NCBI GenBank assembly: GCA_032250835.1
Contig: JAVVEA010000007.1
Location: 32,001 to 96,000, forward strand
Source of the DNA: a bacterium
Lineage (GTDB): Bacteria; SAR324; XYD2-FULL-50-16
Direction: 5' to 3'
DNA: 64,000 nucleotides
Below, in pieces: positions 40,773 to 49,817 of the stretch. Made by a program: the position numbers and the translations under genes. Position 1 is the stretch's first letter, and the number at the start of each line of letters is the position of its first letter. The notes below the pieces were generated by a model, which saw nothing but the letters and a program-made list of their open reading frames with translations, did no database searches and was not told the origin of the DNA.

Positions 40773-41033
40773 ATGGGTATGAAACAAAAGCGGGACAAAA
40801 AAGGACCTGAAGGTTTTTTTAAAAGCCTCGAATATTCCGCCGTAGGGATCGAAGTAGGGTTGTCGGTCGCCGCCGGGGCTCTGATCGGCTATTGGTTCGA
40901 TCAATACTTCGGTACCGATCCTTATGGGTTGATGTTTTGGTTCCTCGCGGGCTGTGGTTCGGCTCTAAACGCCCTGATCCGCACGGTCAAAAACTTAAAA
41001 TCAGACAACGATGAATCCGGTACTCCAAAGTGA
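40773..41033 (+). CDS. AtpZ/AtpI-family ATP synthase accessory protein
   Basis: S.VGIE......G..IGYW.D..FGT.P; first gene of the F0 operon. Confidence 0.85.
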   Translation: MGMKQKRDKKGPEGFFKSLEYSAVGIEVGLSVAAGALIGYWFDQYFGTDPYGLMFWFLAGCGSALNALIRTVKNLKSDNDESGTPK

Positions 41034-41424
41034 CGGCGAACGCCGTCGATTAAAACGAACCAACTGGGGTTTGTTTGGCCTGATGATTTTGGTCGTCGGC
41101 GGTGGAGCGCTGGCCTTTGGGCTTGACTTCGGCAAGGGTGCGCTGGTAGGCTCCATCGTTGTGGCCATCAATTTTTATCTGTCCCAGATATTGTTGGCTC
41201 GGCTCTTTAAACCTGGGCAGGCTCGCTTTCCAGTCGCGGTCTTTTACATATTGAAACTAGGGCTTTCGATGGGCTTTTTGTTCATCGCCATGTCTCAGTT
41301 CAATATAGACCTCTGGGGCGTTATGGCCGGCCTTACGACTTTGCCTTTGATCAGTCTGTTGACCAGTTTCTTCGGAACCGCCCAGCCCGCCGAAGATTTG
41401 GCCAAAGACCAACCGGACCTATAG
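41011..41424 (+). CDS. atpI: ATP synthase subunit I
   Basis: Four TM helices; directly upstream of atpB. Confidence 0.78.
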   Translation: MNPVLQSDGERRRLKRTNWGLFGLMILVVGGGALAFGLDFGKGALVGSIVVAINFYLSQILLARLFKPGQARFPVAVFYILKLGLSMGFLFIAMSQFNIDLWGVMAGLTTLPLISLLTSFFGTAQPAEDLAKDQPDL

Positions 41425-41427
41425 GAA

Positions 41428-42144
41428 ATGTCATCAGCAACCGCCTTTACCTGGGGCTCTATGGCCCAACCAGTCAACCATGCCTTAGAAGCCATGCACG
41501 TCGACGCCCACTTGGGTTTTGACATCCTGGTCACTTCGGCGGTGTTGATCACTCTGGCCGCCCTAGGCGGTGCTAAATTCCGCAAGACCTCTGTGGCCGA
41601 ACCCAGCGGAAAGCTGGATTTTTCCACCATGATCGAACTGATCGTCGGTGGGGTCTACGAATTCACCAAAGGCTCTTTGGGCCACAAAGCGCGCAGTCTA
41701 TTCTGGCTGACCGGCAGCTTGACCTTCTTTATCTTGTTCAACAACCTCTTGGGACTGGTCCCCGGCTTCAACCCGCCGACCGACCAGTTCAACACGACTA
41801 TCGTCTTGGGGCTGATCGTCTTTTTTATTACCCATGTCCTCGGATTCCAGACTCATGGGTTTGCCTACATTAAACATTTCATGGGGCCCGCCTGGTGGTT
41901 AGCTTGGCTCATGTTCCCCATTGAATTGATCAGCCACTTGGTAAGGCCCCTTTCACTGGCCTTACGTCTTTTCGGTAACGTCACCGGCGACCACATGGTC
42001 GGCGCGGTCTTCTTCGGTATCTTGCCGTTGCTCTTGCCGTTGCCTTTCTTGGGTCTTGGTTTGTTTGTTGCCTTTGTCCAGACCTTTGTCTTCTTACTCT
42101 TGACGCTGGTCTATTTCCAAATGGCGTTGTCACACGACCATTAA
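41428..42144 (+). CDS. atpB: F0 ATP synthase subunit a
   Basis: NLLGLVPG..PPT, RPLSLALRLFGN, QTFVF.LLT.VY. Confidence 0.96.
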   Translation: MSSATAFTWGSMAQPVNHALEAMHVDAHLGFDILVTSAVLITLAALGGAKFRKTSVAEPSGKLDFSTMIELIVGGVYEFTKGSLGHKARSLFWLTGSLTFFILFNNLLGLVPGFNPPTDQFNTTIVLGLIVFFITHVLGFQTHGFAYIKHFMGPAWWLAWLMFPIELISHLVRPLSLALRLFGNVTGDHMVGAVFFGILPLLLPLPFLGLGLFVAFVQTFVFLLLTLVYFQMALSHDH

Positions 42145-42167
42145 TCCTATCGTTTTAGGGACTCTAC

Positions 42168-42482
42168 ATGAAAAAGTTCTTCTTTTTGATGATCGCTCTG
42201 GCCGCTCCTATGGCCGCTTTTGCTGCTGAAGGCTCTGCCGACGCTAGCTTCTTGAAAGAATTTGGTTTGGCTTTGGGCGCTGCCCTGGCTATCGGTTTCG
42301 CCGCCGCCGGGGGTGGTATCGGTCAAGGTAAAGTAGGTGCTGCTGCACTCGAAGGGATTGCTCGCAACCCCGGTTCTGCAGACAAGATCTTTACCCCGAT
42401 GATCATCGGCCTCGCGCTGATCGAATCATTGGTGATCTACGCTTTGTTGATCGCGTTCATGCTCTTGAACAAAATCGGCTAG
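42168..42482 (+). CDS. atpE: F0 ATP synthase subunit c with N-terminal extension
   Basis: GGIGQG, ARNP loop, LIESLVIY. Confidence 0.96.
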   Translation: MKKFFFLMIALAAPMAAFAAEGSADASFLKEFGLALGAALAIGFAAAGGGIGQGKVGAAALEGIARNPGSADKIFTPMIIGLALIESLVIYALLIAFMLLNKIG

Positions 42483-42523
42483 GTTCTTGGGCCCGCTCCG
42501 GCGGGCCTTTGAGCTCCCTCCTG

Positions 42524-44347
42524 ATGGCCCGTTCGACGGTCCAAACCCTGTTTCTTTGCGGTCTTTTCCTGCTGCTGACCGCCTGTGCGCCGCGCCGCGC
42601 GCCCAAACCAACACCGCCACTACCGCCCAAAATTCCGGCCGCCCAGCAGACCTCTTTACAAGAGGCCTACCAGAAAGCCCTCCCCTTCCTGCGCGCCAGT
42701 CCTAAGGTTGACCCCAATCTAAATTTCGACCAGCTCCGCCGCCAACTCCGCCAAGCCGCTAAGGGCCTGAGCAAGGCGCAGATCGAAGACGGGCTTTATT
42801 GGATCAAGCTAGTAGAGACGCAGCCCGCACCCCTAGCGGCCCTGGCGGGTTTGAGCTTGAAGGCCAGCGAACCGGTGGAAAAGGCCCATTGGACTCAAAG
42901 CGCCTCGGGAGCCATACTCCCGCCGGATTCCGCTAGCCTTTGGCGGCACTGCCGTTTGGCCTTTACCATGCAAAAGGGGGGTCAAGTCCATTTAGCCGCA
43001 GGATGGCAAAGCCCCGCCGCCTTGACTTGGCAGATGGCCCAAGGCCCAGGCTCGTTGCGGGCTTCGCTACAACGCTGGGGGCTGCCTGGCTATTCCCCCT
43101 TCCACTCGGCCCAACCGCCCTTGGCCTACAAAATAGACTCCGGCAACGCCAACGACCTAATCCAACTCTGCCGCCCCTTAGGCCTAGAGGCCCAGGGCCC
43201 TTTTCTACGTTTCATAGGCTTAGAGGCACTCTACCAGCCGATCTTGACCAAGCTCCCGCCGGAGCTGGCTGAACCTTTGCGTACCGGGCTCGAGCGGGCC
43301 TCCTTCTACCCCTCACCCGAAGGGTTGCGGGTGATTCTTTCGATGGGTTTTAAGGAGTCAAGCCTACAATGGGACCCAGCCTTGACGTTGCCCAAAAAGC
43401 AGGAGATGCGCGACCAGTTTTTGGCGGTACTCTCGACCACCGAGAGCAGTTGGGGTGCAGCATTGACCCAGATGGTCCTTTCTAAACGGTTGCTCAACCA
43501 AAAGGAACAACTAGCCACCGAGCTACGCCAGATTCTGGAGCCCAAAAAACGCTCCACAGAGTATGATTTTTATCGGTGGACCCGCAAGGCGAACCGGTTC
43601 TTAAAGGAGTTGCTCAAAGAACATGGCCAATTAGCCAAGCTGGGCAGCAAGTTTTTGGATATTGAAAAGAAATTGGGCCGCTTAGAAAAGGAGCCCCAGA
43701 CCTTTGGGCTCTTTCAGTTGAACGTCAACCACCTAGCCGAAAAGCTCGCCCGCCAACCCCGATTGGCCCGTCGCTTCGTTCCCGTCATGCCCCGAGGCCA
43801 GCCTGACCGAGACGCGCTGGTACGGTCTTTAAGCGGCCTGCCCCATGCGCCCTTGAATCTAGCGCAGACCTTTGAGTTGATCTTCCGCGCCGAGTTGGCC
43901 CCCCGCTACCGTGACCACCTGCGCGGCGAGCCAGGTGACCTCTATTACTTCGCCGCCGAGAACCTGACTGGTCCGCTCTCTACCTACCGTACCGCCATAC
44001 AGGCCCGCCTTTCTGAAACCTTACGGCGGCCCTTGACGCTAGACGGAGACTTGGCCTTTTCCCTGCCCTACAGCCGCCGCCTCGACCCCAAACGGCGCAG
44101 CAATAGCCAAAAGGCGCTGCTCGCCTTTGCCAAAAGCCGCGCCAAGGAGTTAAAAAACCCCGATAAGGAAGTCTTAAAACTGCTTAAAACCACCCGTTAC
44201 GACCAGCTAGCCCAAACACCGCTCTACCAATTATTGATGAAAGACCATCTGGGCGAGCGCCAGTACCCACAAATCAGTAGCGAGTTGTACCACCAAACGC
44301 CCCGTTCCTACGCCTCCCGAGTCCTCAAAGAAGCCCGCCAGTTCTAG
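42524..44347 (+). CDS. Lipoprotein with divergent DUF1615/YaiW-like C-terminal region
   Basis: Lipobox LTAC; LAV..TESS, G.FQL.V..AE, YFA, IQ..LS.....LTLDGDL and P.I.S.....YA.RV resemble recalled DUF1615 motifs. Confidence 0.6.
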   Translation: MARSTVQTLFLCGLFLLLTACAPRRAPKPTPPLPPKIPAAQQTSLQEAYQKALPFLRASPKVDPNLNFDQLRRQLRQAAKGLSKAQIEDGLYWIKLVETQPAPLAALAGLSLKASEPVEKAHWTQSASGAILPPDSASLWRHCRLAFTMQKGGQVHLAAGWQSPAALTWQMAQGPGSLRASLQRWGLPGYSPFHSAQPPLAYKIDSGNANDLIQLCRPLGLEAQGPFLRFIGLEALYQPILTKLPPELAEPLRTGLERASFYPSPEGLRVILSMGFKESSLQWDPALTLPKKQEMRDQFLAVLSTTESSWGAALTQMVLSKRLLNQKEQLATELRQILEPKKRSTEYDFYRWTRKANRFLKELLKEHGQLAKLGSKFLDIEKKLGRLEKEPQTFGLFQLNVNHLAEKLARQPRLARRFVPVMPRGQPDRDALVRSLSGLPHAPLNLAQTFELIFRAELAPRYRDHLRGEPGDLYYFAAENLTGPLSTYRTAIQARLSETLRRPLTLDGDLAFSLPYSRRLDPKRRSNSQKALLAFAKSRAKELKNPDKEVLKLLKTTRYDQLAQTPLYQLLMKDHLGERQYPQISSELYHQTPRSYASRVLKEARQF

Positions 44348-44372
44348 ACCTACCGATTTTTTATTTTTTTAT

Positions 44373-44400
44373 TAAAGTTCCTCTAGCGCTGAACCGTAAA
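44373..44400 (+). promoter_or_regulatory. Possible sigma28 promoter
   Basis: TAAAGTTC-N12-ACCGTAAA; the -35 is identical to that of the promoter at 53566-53592. Confidence 0.4.
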
Positions 44401-44463
44401 GGAGGTAGGCAAAGAAAACTACCTGGAACCCGTTGGCTACGGGACTTGCACTGAGGAGCAAAG

Positions 44464-44766
44464 ATGGAACGCGATATCCAAAGAATCAGAGAAACACTAG
44501 GGCAGATGGTCCAGCTCTCGTTGATGACCGATCGAACCTACCGCATGGCGGTCCGGTCCTTAGGCTCTTTCCACCTCAATTGGACCCACTTAAAAGATCA
44601 AGGCGAAGCCGACGTGCTCTGGGAGTACGAAGATGGCCGCCCGGTCCGGGTCACCTTGGAAAACCAAGACGAACAAATTGATGAATACTTCCGCCGGATG
44701 GGGATCGAAGCCTTTTGGCCCGGCGAACCAGAACCCACAGCGGCCGCAATCCGCCGCCACGCATAA
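44464..44766 (+). CDS. Hypothetical protein, 100 aa
   Basis: GAGGAG RBS, ATG, host-like codon usage. Confidence 0.7.
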   Translation: MERDIQRIRETLGQMVQLSLMTDRTYRMAVRSLGSFHLNWTHLKDQGEADVLWEYEDGRPVRVTLENQDEQIDEYFRRMGIEAFWPGEPEPTAAAIRRHA

Positions 44767-44777
44767 AAGGAGGCTTA

Positions 44778-44942
44778 ATGAACCAACGCAAACCGATGAG
44801 TTTCAGCAAGAAGTCCACCCGCGAAGAACTAGAACAGGCCATGTCCGACTTCCGCCAACGCGGCGGCCGGGTCCTCCGGGTAGAACCCAAATATGTCGAG
44901 GAGCCCGCTAAGCCGGGCTACATTTCCCGCAAACACCACTAA
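44778..44942 (+). CDS. SutA-like RNA polymerase-binding small protein, 54 aa
   Basis: AAGGAGG RBS; REELEQAMSDFRQRGGRVLRVEP resembles the recalled SutA core RDALAKAMEEFLSRGGKVQEIEP. Confidence 0.65.
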   Translation: MNQRKPMSFSKKSTREELEQAMSDFRQRGGRVLRVEPKYVEEPAKPGYISRKHH

Positions 44943-44944
44943 AC

Positions 44945-44985
44945 AAAAAAAGCCCGACTCTTCAACCTTGTCGGGCTTTTTTTTT
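44945..44985. terminator. Bidirectional terminator
   Basis: A7-GCCCGAC...GTCGGGC-T9. Confidence 0.85.
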
Positions 44986-45003
44986 GTCCAAAAATCTAGT
45001 TCC

Positions 45004-46716
45004 TCACTCTACCTTAAAACTGGAAACCTGATCGCGCAGTTCATCGGCCATGCGCGAGAGGTCTTCGGTAGTCGCATCCACCTCGCCGATGGTCTGGGAA
45101 AGTTCGTTCATGGCCACGGCATTTTCGCGGCTGTTTCCGCTCAATTCACTGGCGGTGCTGGCCAGTTGGCCGGTGTGGCGGGCCTGCTCGTCGATCCGTT
45201 CCGCAATGTGGTCGATATGCTCAGATATCTGGCCCACCTGGGCGATGATGCCCTGTAAGATGTCGCCGGTCTGGGCGATCACTTCGGTGCCTTCTCGTAC
45301 ATTCGTATAAGAAACCTCGATCAGTTCCTGAATCCGGGTGGTCGAAGAAGCACTCCGCTCCGAGAGGCTACGGACCTCGTCAGCGACGACCGCAAACCCC
45401 TTGCCCACTTCCCCGGCTTTGGCCGCCTCAATGGCCGCGTTTAGGCTCAGTAGATTGGTCTGGTTGCTGATCTCGTTGATCACGTCCATAATCCCCAAAA
45501 TTTGTTTGGAGGATTCCTCAATCTTGCCAATCGATTGATTGGACGCTTGGACCGAAGCCGTTCCCCGCTGGGCTGCTTCACTGGCTTGCGAGCCAATCTG
45601 TTGGACTTGCGCAACCATCTCCCTGATCGCTTCTACCGACTGGGACATCTCCTGAACATTAGCGCTGGTCTGAGCTAAGGCGGTACTGGAACTTTCAATG
45701 CTCCGGTTGACTTCGGCCGTGGTCTTTTCGATCTCTACGGAGGTGGCGTGAAGCTCCTCGGAACTTGCGGCTAAATTGTTGGCCGTGCCGTCTAGTTCTT
45801 TAATGACCCCTTGGATACTTTCGATGAAGTGGTTGAACAGGACGCCCAATTTGCCCACTTCGTCGGCTTGGGTCACGGTCACACGTTTGGTCAGGTCTCG
45901 TTCCCCTTCGGCGATGTCGCGGAAGCAATCTTCCATCTGCTTGAGGGGCGCAAAAATCATCCGGTTGAGCATCCACCACAATACCGCCAGGATCACCGCT
46001 ACCATCAAAGCCAGCACCACAATATCTTGGATCAAGTGGGACCGCGCCACCGCTAGGGTGTGTTCCATGTCAAAGGCCACCGAGACCACCGCCATCACCT
46101 TCATCGGGTCGATTTGCATGTCTACGATGTGGCAGGAGGCGCAGGCCCCGATAAACTCGATCTCCTTACCCCGGAGGTTCACGGGCTGTTTGTCCATAAT
46201 GGCGACGCCAAAGACACCTCGGAAGACTTGAGTCCCCTTGGGGAACATCTCCTCGCTACCGTCCCAGGACACCACGCCGTAAAACTCACCACCTTCGGCC
46301 AAAACCTTGCGGTCTAGGCTATCCATCGGTGGCTGGCGGTAGTCATAGTCCCCGCGCCGCTCGATGTAGTCAGAGATCTTAGGCCCCCAGGAATACCAGA
46401 TAATCGTGTCTTCTAAGGTTTGGTTGAGCATCTGCATGGTCACGTCGAGACTGTCCGCACCGACTAACATCACATTATCCTGCACCTCTTTTGGTAGGTT
46501 GTAAAAGTGCTCTCCTAGTTGGTCACGTACGGCGGCACGGCTCCACATAAAGGTTTGGTTGGTCGCCGTATTGATTTTGACCACATTTTCTATCTGTACT
46601 CTAATCCGCTTGGTCACCTCATCAATCTGCCGGTTGTAACCCACCACTTCCTTGACCACAAAGGGCAAGACCAGAATCAGAAACATGGAAATAAAGATTT
46701 TTACTTTAATGGACAT
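45004..46716 (-). CDS. Methyl-accepting chemotaxis protein with heme-c motif in the periplasmic sensor
   Basis: TM-sensor(CASCH)-TM-HAMP-MA domain with QTNLLSLNAAIEAAKAGE.GKGFAVVADEVR; ATG at 46716. Confidence 0.92.
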   Translation of the reverse strand: MSIKVKIFISMFLILVLPFVVKEVVGYNRQIDEVTKRIRVQIENVVKINTATNQTFMWSRAAVRDQLGEHFYNLPKEVQDNVMLVGADSLDVTMQMLNQTLEDTIIWYSWGPKISDYIERRGDYDYRQPPMDSLDRKVLAEGGEFYGVVSWDGSEEMFPKGTQVFRGVFGVAIMDKQPVNLRGKEIEFIGACASCHIVDMQIDPMKVMAVVSVAFDMEHTLAVARSHLIQDIVVLALMVAVILAVLWWMLNRMIFAPLKQMEDCFRDIAEGERDLTKRVTVTQADEVGKLGVLFNHFIESIQGVIKELDGTANNLAASSEELHATSVEIEKTTAEVNRSIESSSTALAQTSANVQEMSQSVEAIREMVAQVQQIGSQASEAAQRGTASVQASNQSIGKIEESSKQILGIMDVINEISNQTNLLSLNAAIEAAKAGEVGKGFAVVADEVRSLSERSASSTTRIQELIEVSYTNVREGTEVIAQTGDILQGIIAQVGQISEHIDHIAERIDEQARHTGQLASTASELSGNSRENAVAMNELSQTIGEVDATTEDLSRMADELRDQVSSFKVE

Positions 46717-46842
46717 AATTGGGAGCGGGCAAGGGTTAGCGTTTGGTTGATCCAGGACTCGGGCAAAAGACCTAGAAACCAAATTGGGCTATAACATAAG
46801 GTCCTGCCTCTGACCAGAAAAAAGCCCTTAAAGGCTTTCCCA

Positions 46843-48375
46843 CTATTGGTTGGCTAAAAAATCAGGCCTCGGCGGGGAATCGGTTAGCCGCAAGTTTAGG
46901 GGGGCCATAGCTTCCCATTTGAGCTGTAATTGTTGCCCCTTTCGGCCCTCAACCTCAAGCTCTAGAAGCACCTCACCTACTTGGCGCAGCTTCACCTTCA
47001 TGCTTTTGGGAGCCACAAAAGACAACCGAGTGGAGCCCGACCAGTCTTCGGGCATCAGGAACCAGAAGCGCCCTTTGGTGGGGACTTCTGTTTGGTCCTT
47101 TAAATAATACCCATGGTACCCCTGTAAAGCAGGCGGCACACAAAGCGGGGCTTGGTTGGTGATCGGTCCTTCGGGCCCCGGAGGCATCACCACCACCTGA
47201 AACCTGCGCCCCCCAGAAAGCTTAAAGTGCAGGCGCCCACAAAGGTCCCCCGCTGGAGTCAAGGCCAGAGTGTTTTTATCTTCCCAGTCCAATTCGGCGC
47301 GGACTCCTTCACGAGCGGACCAGTCAAGGTTTCCAAAGGTCGGGTGGGCCGTACTAGGAGGCAAAAACAAGCTCACCGATTGCCCCGGAGTGACCGCTAC
47401 CCATTCACCCTGCCCCTTAATGTTTAAGCGGTCGAAGCGAGTGGCTTTCACCTGAAACCCCCAGCGCCGTTCGACCAGCAAACCATCGGCCCGGTATCGC
47501 ACTTGTACCTGATAAGACCCGCCCCATTTCAGTCGGTCTTGGGGGAAGAGGGCGTGCTGGTGTTGGTTCAACTTTTGGTTGGGGTCGGTGGAGGCGTTCA
47601 GGACCGGCAAACAGTCGACCTCCTGTCCCTGGGCATCAAACAGTTTCCAAAACTCGATCTTCGGTGGCGTCTTGAAGCGGGCGGGGTTGAAGGCGATGGT
47701 CACCGGGTAACCGGAGTAATAACGGTCCGGAAGGGGGTCCGGCGTCTCTTCAAAAAAGGCCGGAGGCACCAGCGCCCCTTCGGCTGGCCAAATCACCATG
47801 CGCGGGGCCTTCGCTAAAGAACTATCTAAAGCCTCCTGCCAAAGGCTCAAGGACACCCAGGCACTACCCCCGCAAACTCCCCGGTTGCCGGTTTTGGTTA
47901 ACTGGGTGTTTTGGCACAATGACTCGGTCAGTGCACTCCCCATCAGGTACACAAAACTCCCGCTTGGACCGCTGCCCGAACGGGCCAACCCTATTTTATC
48001 CATGCCGGGGTCCAAGAAGGCGAAGCGGTGGTAGATCGCCGCCATCAAGCCCTCTAAGGATTCCGGCCAATTAGACTGGCCCCGCGAAAAGTTTTCCCGC
48101 ACCGCGCGGGCCGGCCAAGCCCTGACCAAGGCCCGCTGCCCCGGCGTTTCGCCAGTAAAGCCCGGATCGCCAGGGTCCTGAAGGTGATCCAAACGTTGGC
48201 CTAGCGTGAGGTAGTGGGCTTGGTCCGCGGCGGCGCGGCTGAGGGGTTCGGCCAGTTCAAAGGGGGGTAAACCCGCCAAGCGGCGCATCTCGTTGAGTTG
48301 CTCCAAGGCTTCGGGCTCGGCCCGCAACAGACCGGGAACCAGCAACAATAAACAGAGTCCAGCCCACCGATTCAT
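46843..48375 (-). CDS. Exported CAP/SCP-domain protein
   Basis: LN..R..AGL, AA..AHY, ENFS, AIYHRF..L; PPAFF.E.PDPLP...SGYPV. Confidence 0.8.
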   Translation of the reverse strand: MNRWAGLCLLLLVPGLLRAEPEALEQLNEMRRLAGLPPFELAEPLSRAAADQAHYLTLGQRLDHLQDPGDPGFTGETPGQRALVRAWPARAVRENFSRGQSNWPESLEGLMAAIYHRFAFLDPGMDKIGLARSGSGPSGSFVYLMGSALTESLCQNTQLTKTGNRGVCGGSAWVSLSLWQEALDSSLAKAPRMVIWPAEGALVPPAFFEETPDPLPDRYYSGYPVTIAFNPARFKTPPKIEFWKLFDAQGQEVDCLPVLNASTDPNQKLNQHQHALFPQDRLKWGGSYQVQVRYRADGLLVERRWGFQVKATRFDRLNIKGQGEWVAVTPGQSVSLFLPPSTAHPTFGNLDWSAREGVRAELDWEDKNTLALTPAGDLCGRLHFKLSGGRRFQVVVMPPGPEGPITNQAPLCVPPALQGYHGYYLKDQTEVPTKGRFWFLMPEDWSGSTRLSFVAPKSMKVKLRQVGEVLLELEVEGRKGQQLQLKWEAMAPLNLRLTDSPPRPDFLANQ

Positions 48376-49790
48376 CGCGCCCTAGCCAAAAATTGCTCTA
48401 CCGTGCGGCCCGAGGGTTTGTCATGGTCATAGAGCCCCGCAAAACGCAAAAACTCGGGCCAAAGCTCCTGAGTACGTTCCCCCAAGCCATACCGCCCGGC
48501 CAGAAAATCGAAGAGTCCGCGCAGTTCCTCGAAGACCGGCCGATCGAAGTGCAGCTTCAACCCAAAGCGGTCGCCCAAGGCGCGGACCTCATCTTCTAGC
48601 TGGCGCTGCTCGGGTAGTTGGTGGTCCAACTGGCCCGCCTGGACCAAGTCCTTTTTGTTGGACGTCGCCAAGAGCCAAAGGTTCTCGGGGAGTTGCTGCA
48701 ACGAGCCCTCAAAGGCGCTCTTGAGTGCTTTAAATTCCGGGTTGTGGGGCTCAAAACCAAAATCATCTAAAAAGACCACGAACCGTTCCGGTGCACCTTG
48801 TATCCTCGAAAAAAGATGTGGCAAGGCGGCTACGTCCTTCTGGGCTACTTCAATCAGCCGCAGGCCCCGTTCAGCATACTCGGCCAACAGCGCCAAGGCA
48901 CAGCTGGATTTACCCATGCCCCTTGCGCCCCAAAGCAAAACATGGGCACAGGGCGCTCCGGCCAAAAAACGCTCCGCCTCCTGACGCAGCCGTTCGGCGG
49001 CGCGGTCGATGCCAAAGAGGGCGGCAAAGTCGATCTTCTTTTTCGGTGCCTCTCCTTGCAATGCCCAGCGGCCTTTAGTATCTTGGCGGTAGAGAAAGGC
49101 GCGGTGGCGGCTGAAGGGCCCTCCCGAATGGTTTTGCCAGAAAGCCTCAAGCCGCAAGCCCAACTGCTGGGCATCGGTAGATTCTAAAAGACCGTCCAGG
49201 GCTTTTAAAGCTAAGGCGTCCCCAGCCGCTACCGCTCGCTTCAGGCCCGCAGGTTCGGGCCTAGGGCCCAAGCCTTGTTGGTTGAGCGCCAACTCACACA
49301 AATTGAGTAGCCCTAAAAAAAGGTCCTTCGGGTGCCGCTGGGCGGCACACCAGATCAGTTCATAGACCGGGAGCCGCTCAGAGCCGCTCAGGTTTAATTG
49401 GGCATAAAACCGCTGGTCCGCCGCCCGGTCGGTCAAAAAATCTGGCCAAGCGTCACCGGTCAGGGGGGGAGCGGCATTCAGGATCTGGCCCCGTAGCCGG
49501 GCCCACTGGGCAAAGAGCCCCCTAGGTTGGCGCAGTTGATCAGAAAGGAAGGCAGACTGGCGCAGCAAAAGAGCATCCATCCCCTGACGGGTTTTGGTTT
49601 TCCATTGGAGCAATAGTTCTTCTTCTAAGGCCTGGGCAAAGTCGAGGAACAACAGCAGCGGGTCGCCGGGCTCTAAACAAGCCGGTAGCCCCAAGACTCC
49701 GGCCCGGTCCAGCAGTTGGCCCAGATAATCGAGCAATCCTTCAAAGGCCTGATCGATGCTGGCTTGGTCCCAAGATTGATTTACATTCAC
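48372..49790 (-). CDS. DUF815 AAA+ ATPase
   Basis: LLWGARGMGKSS, GLRLIEV, FVVFLDD, FKALKS.FEGS, ATSN, L.DRFGL. Confidence 0.88.
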   Translation of the reverse strand: MNVNQSWDQASIDQAFEGLLDYLGQLLDRAGVLGLPACLEPGDPLLLFLDFAQALEEELLLQWKTKTRQGMDALLLRQSAFLSDQLRQPRGLFAQWARLRGQILNAAPPLTGDAWPDFLTDRAADQRFYAQLNLSGSERLPVYELIWCAAQRHPKDLFLGLLNLCELALNQQGLGPRPEPAGLKRAVAAGDALALKALDGLLESTDAQQLGLRLEAFWQNHSGGPFSRHRAFLYRQDTKGRWALQGEAPKKKIDFAALFGIDRAAERLRQEAERFLAGAPCAHVLLWGARGMGKSSCALALLAEYAERGLRLIEVAQKDVAALPHLFSRIQGAPERFVVFLDDFGFEPHNPEFKALKSAFEGSLQQLPENLWLLATSNKKDLVQAGQLDHQLPEQRQLEDEVRALGDRFGLKLHFDRPVFEELRGLFDFLAGRYGLGERTQELWPEFLRFAGLYDHDKPSGRTVEQFLARAR

Positions 49791-49817
49791 CCTTAACCTC
49801 GTTTATGGAACGCGCCC

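Noticed and set aside
44401-44463. Leader hairpins containing GGCAAA as a c-di-GMP-I riboswitch
   Set aside because: Lacks the GNRA-capped P2 and GCAAAGC P3 elements; too short.
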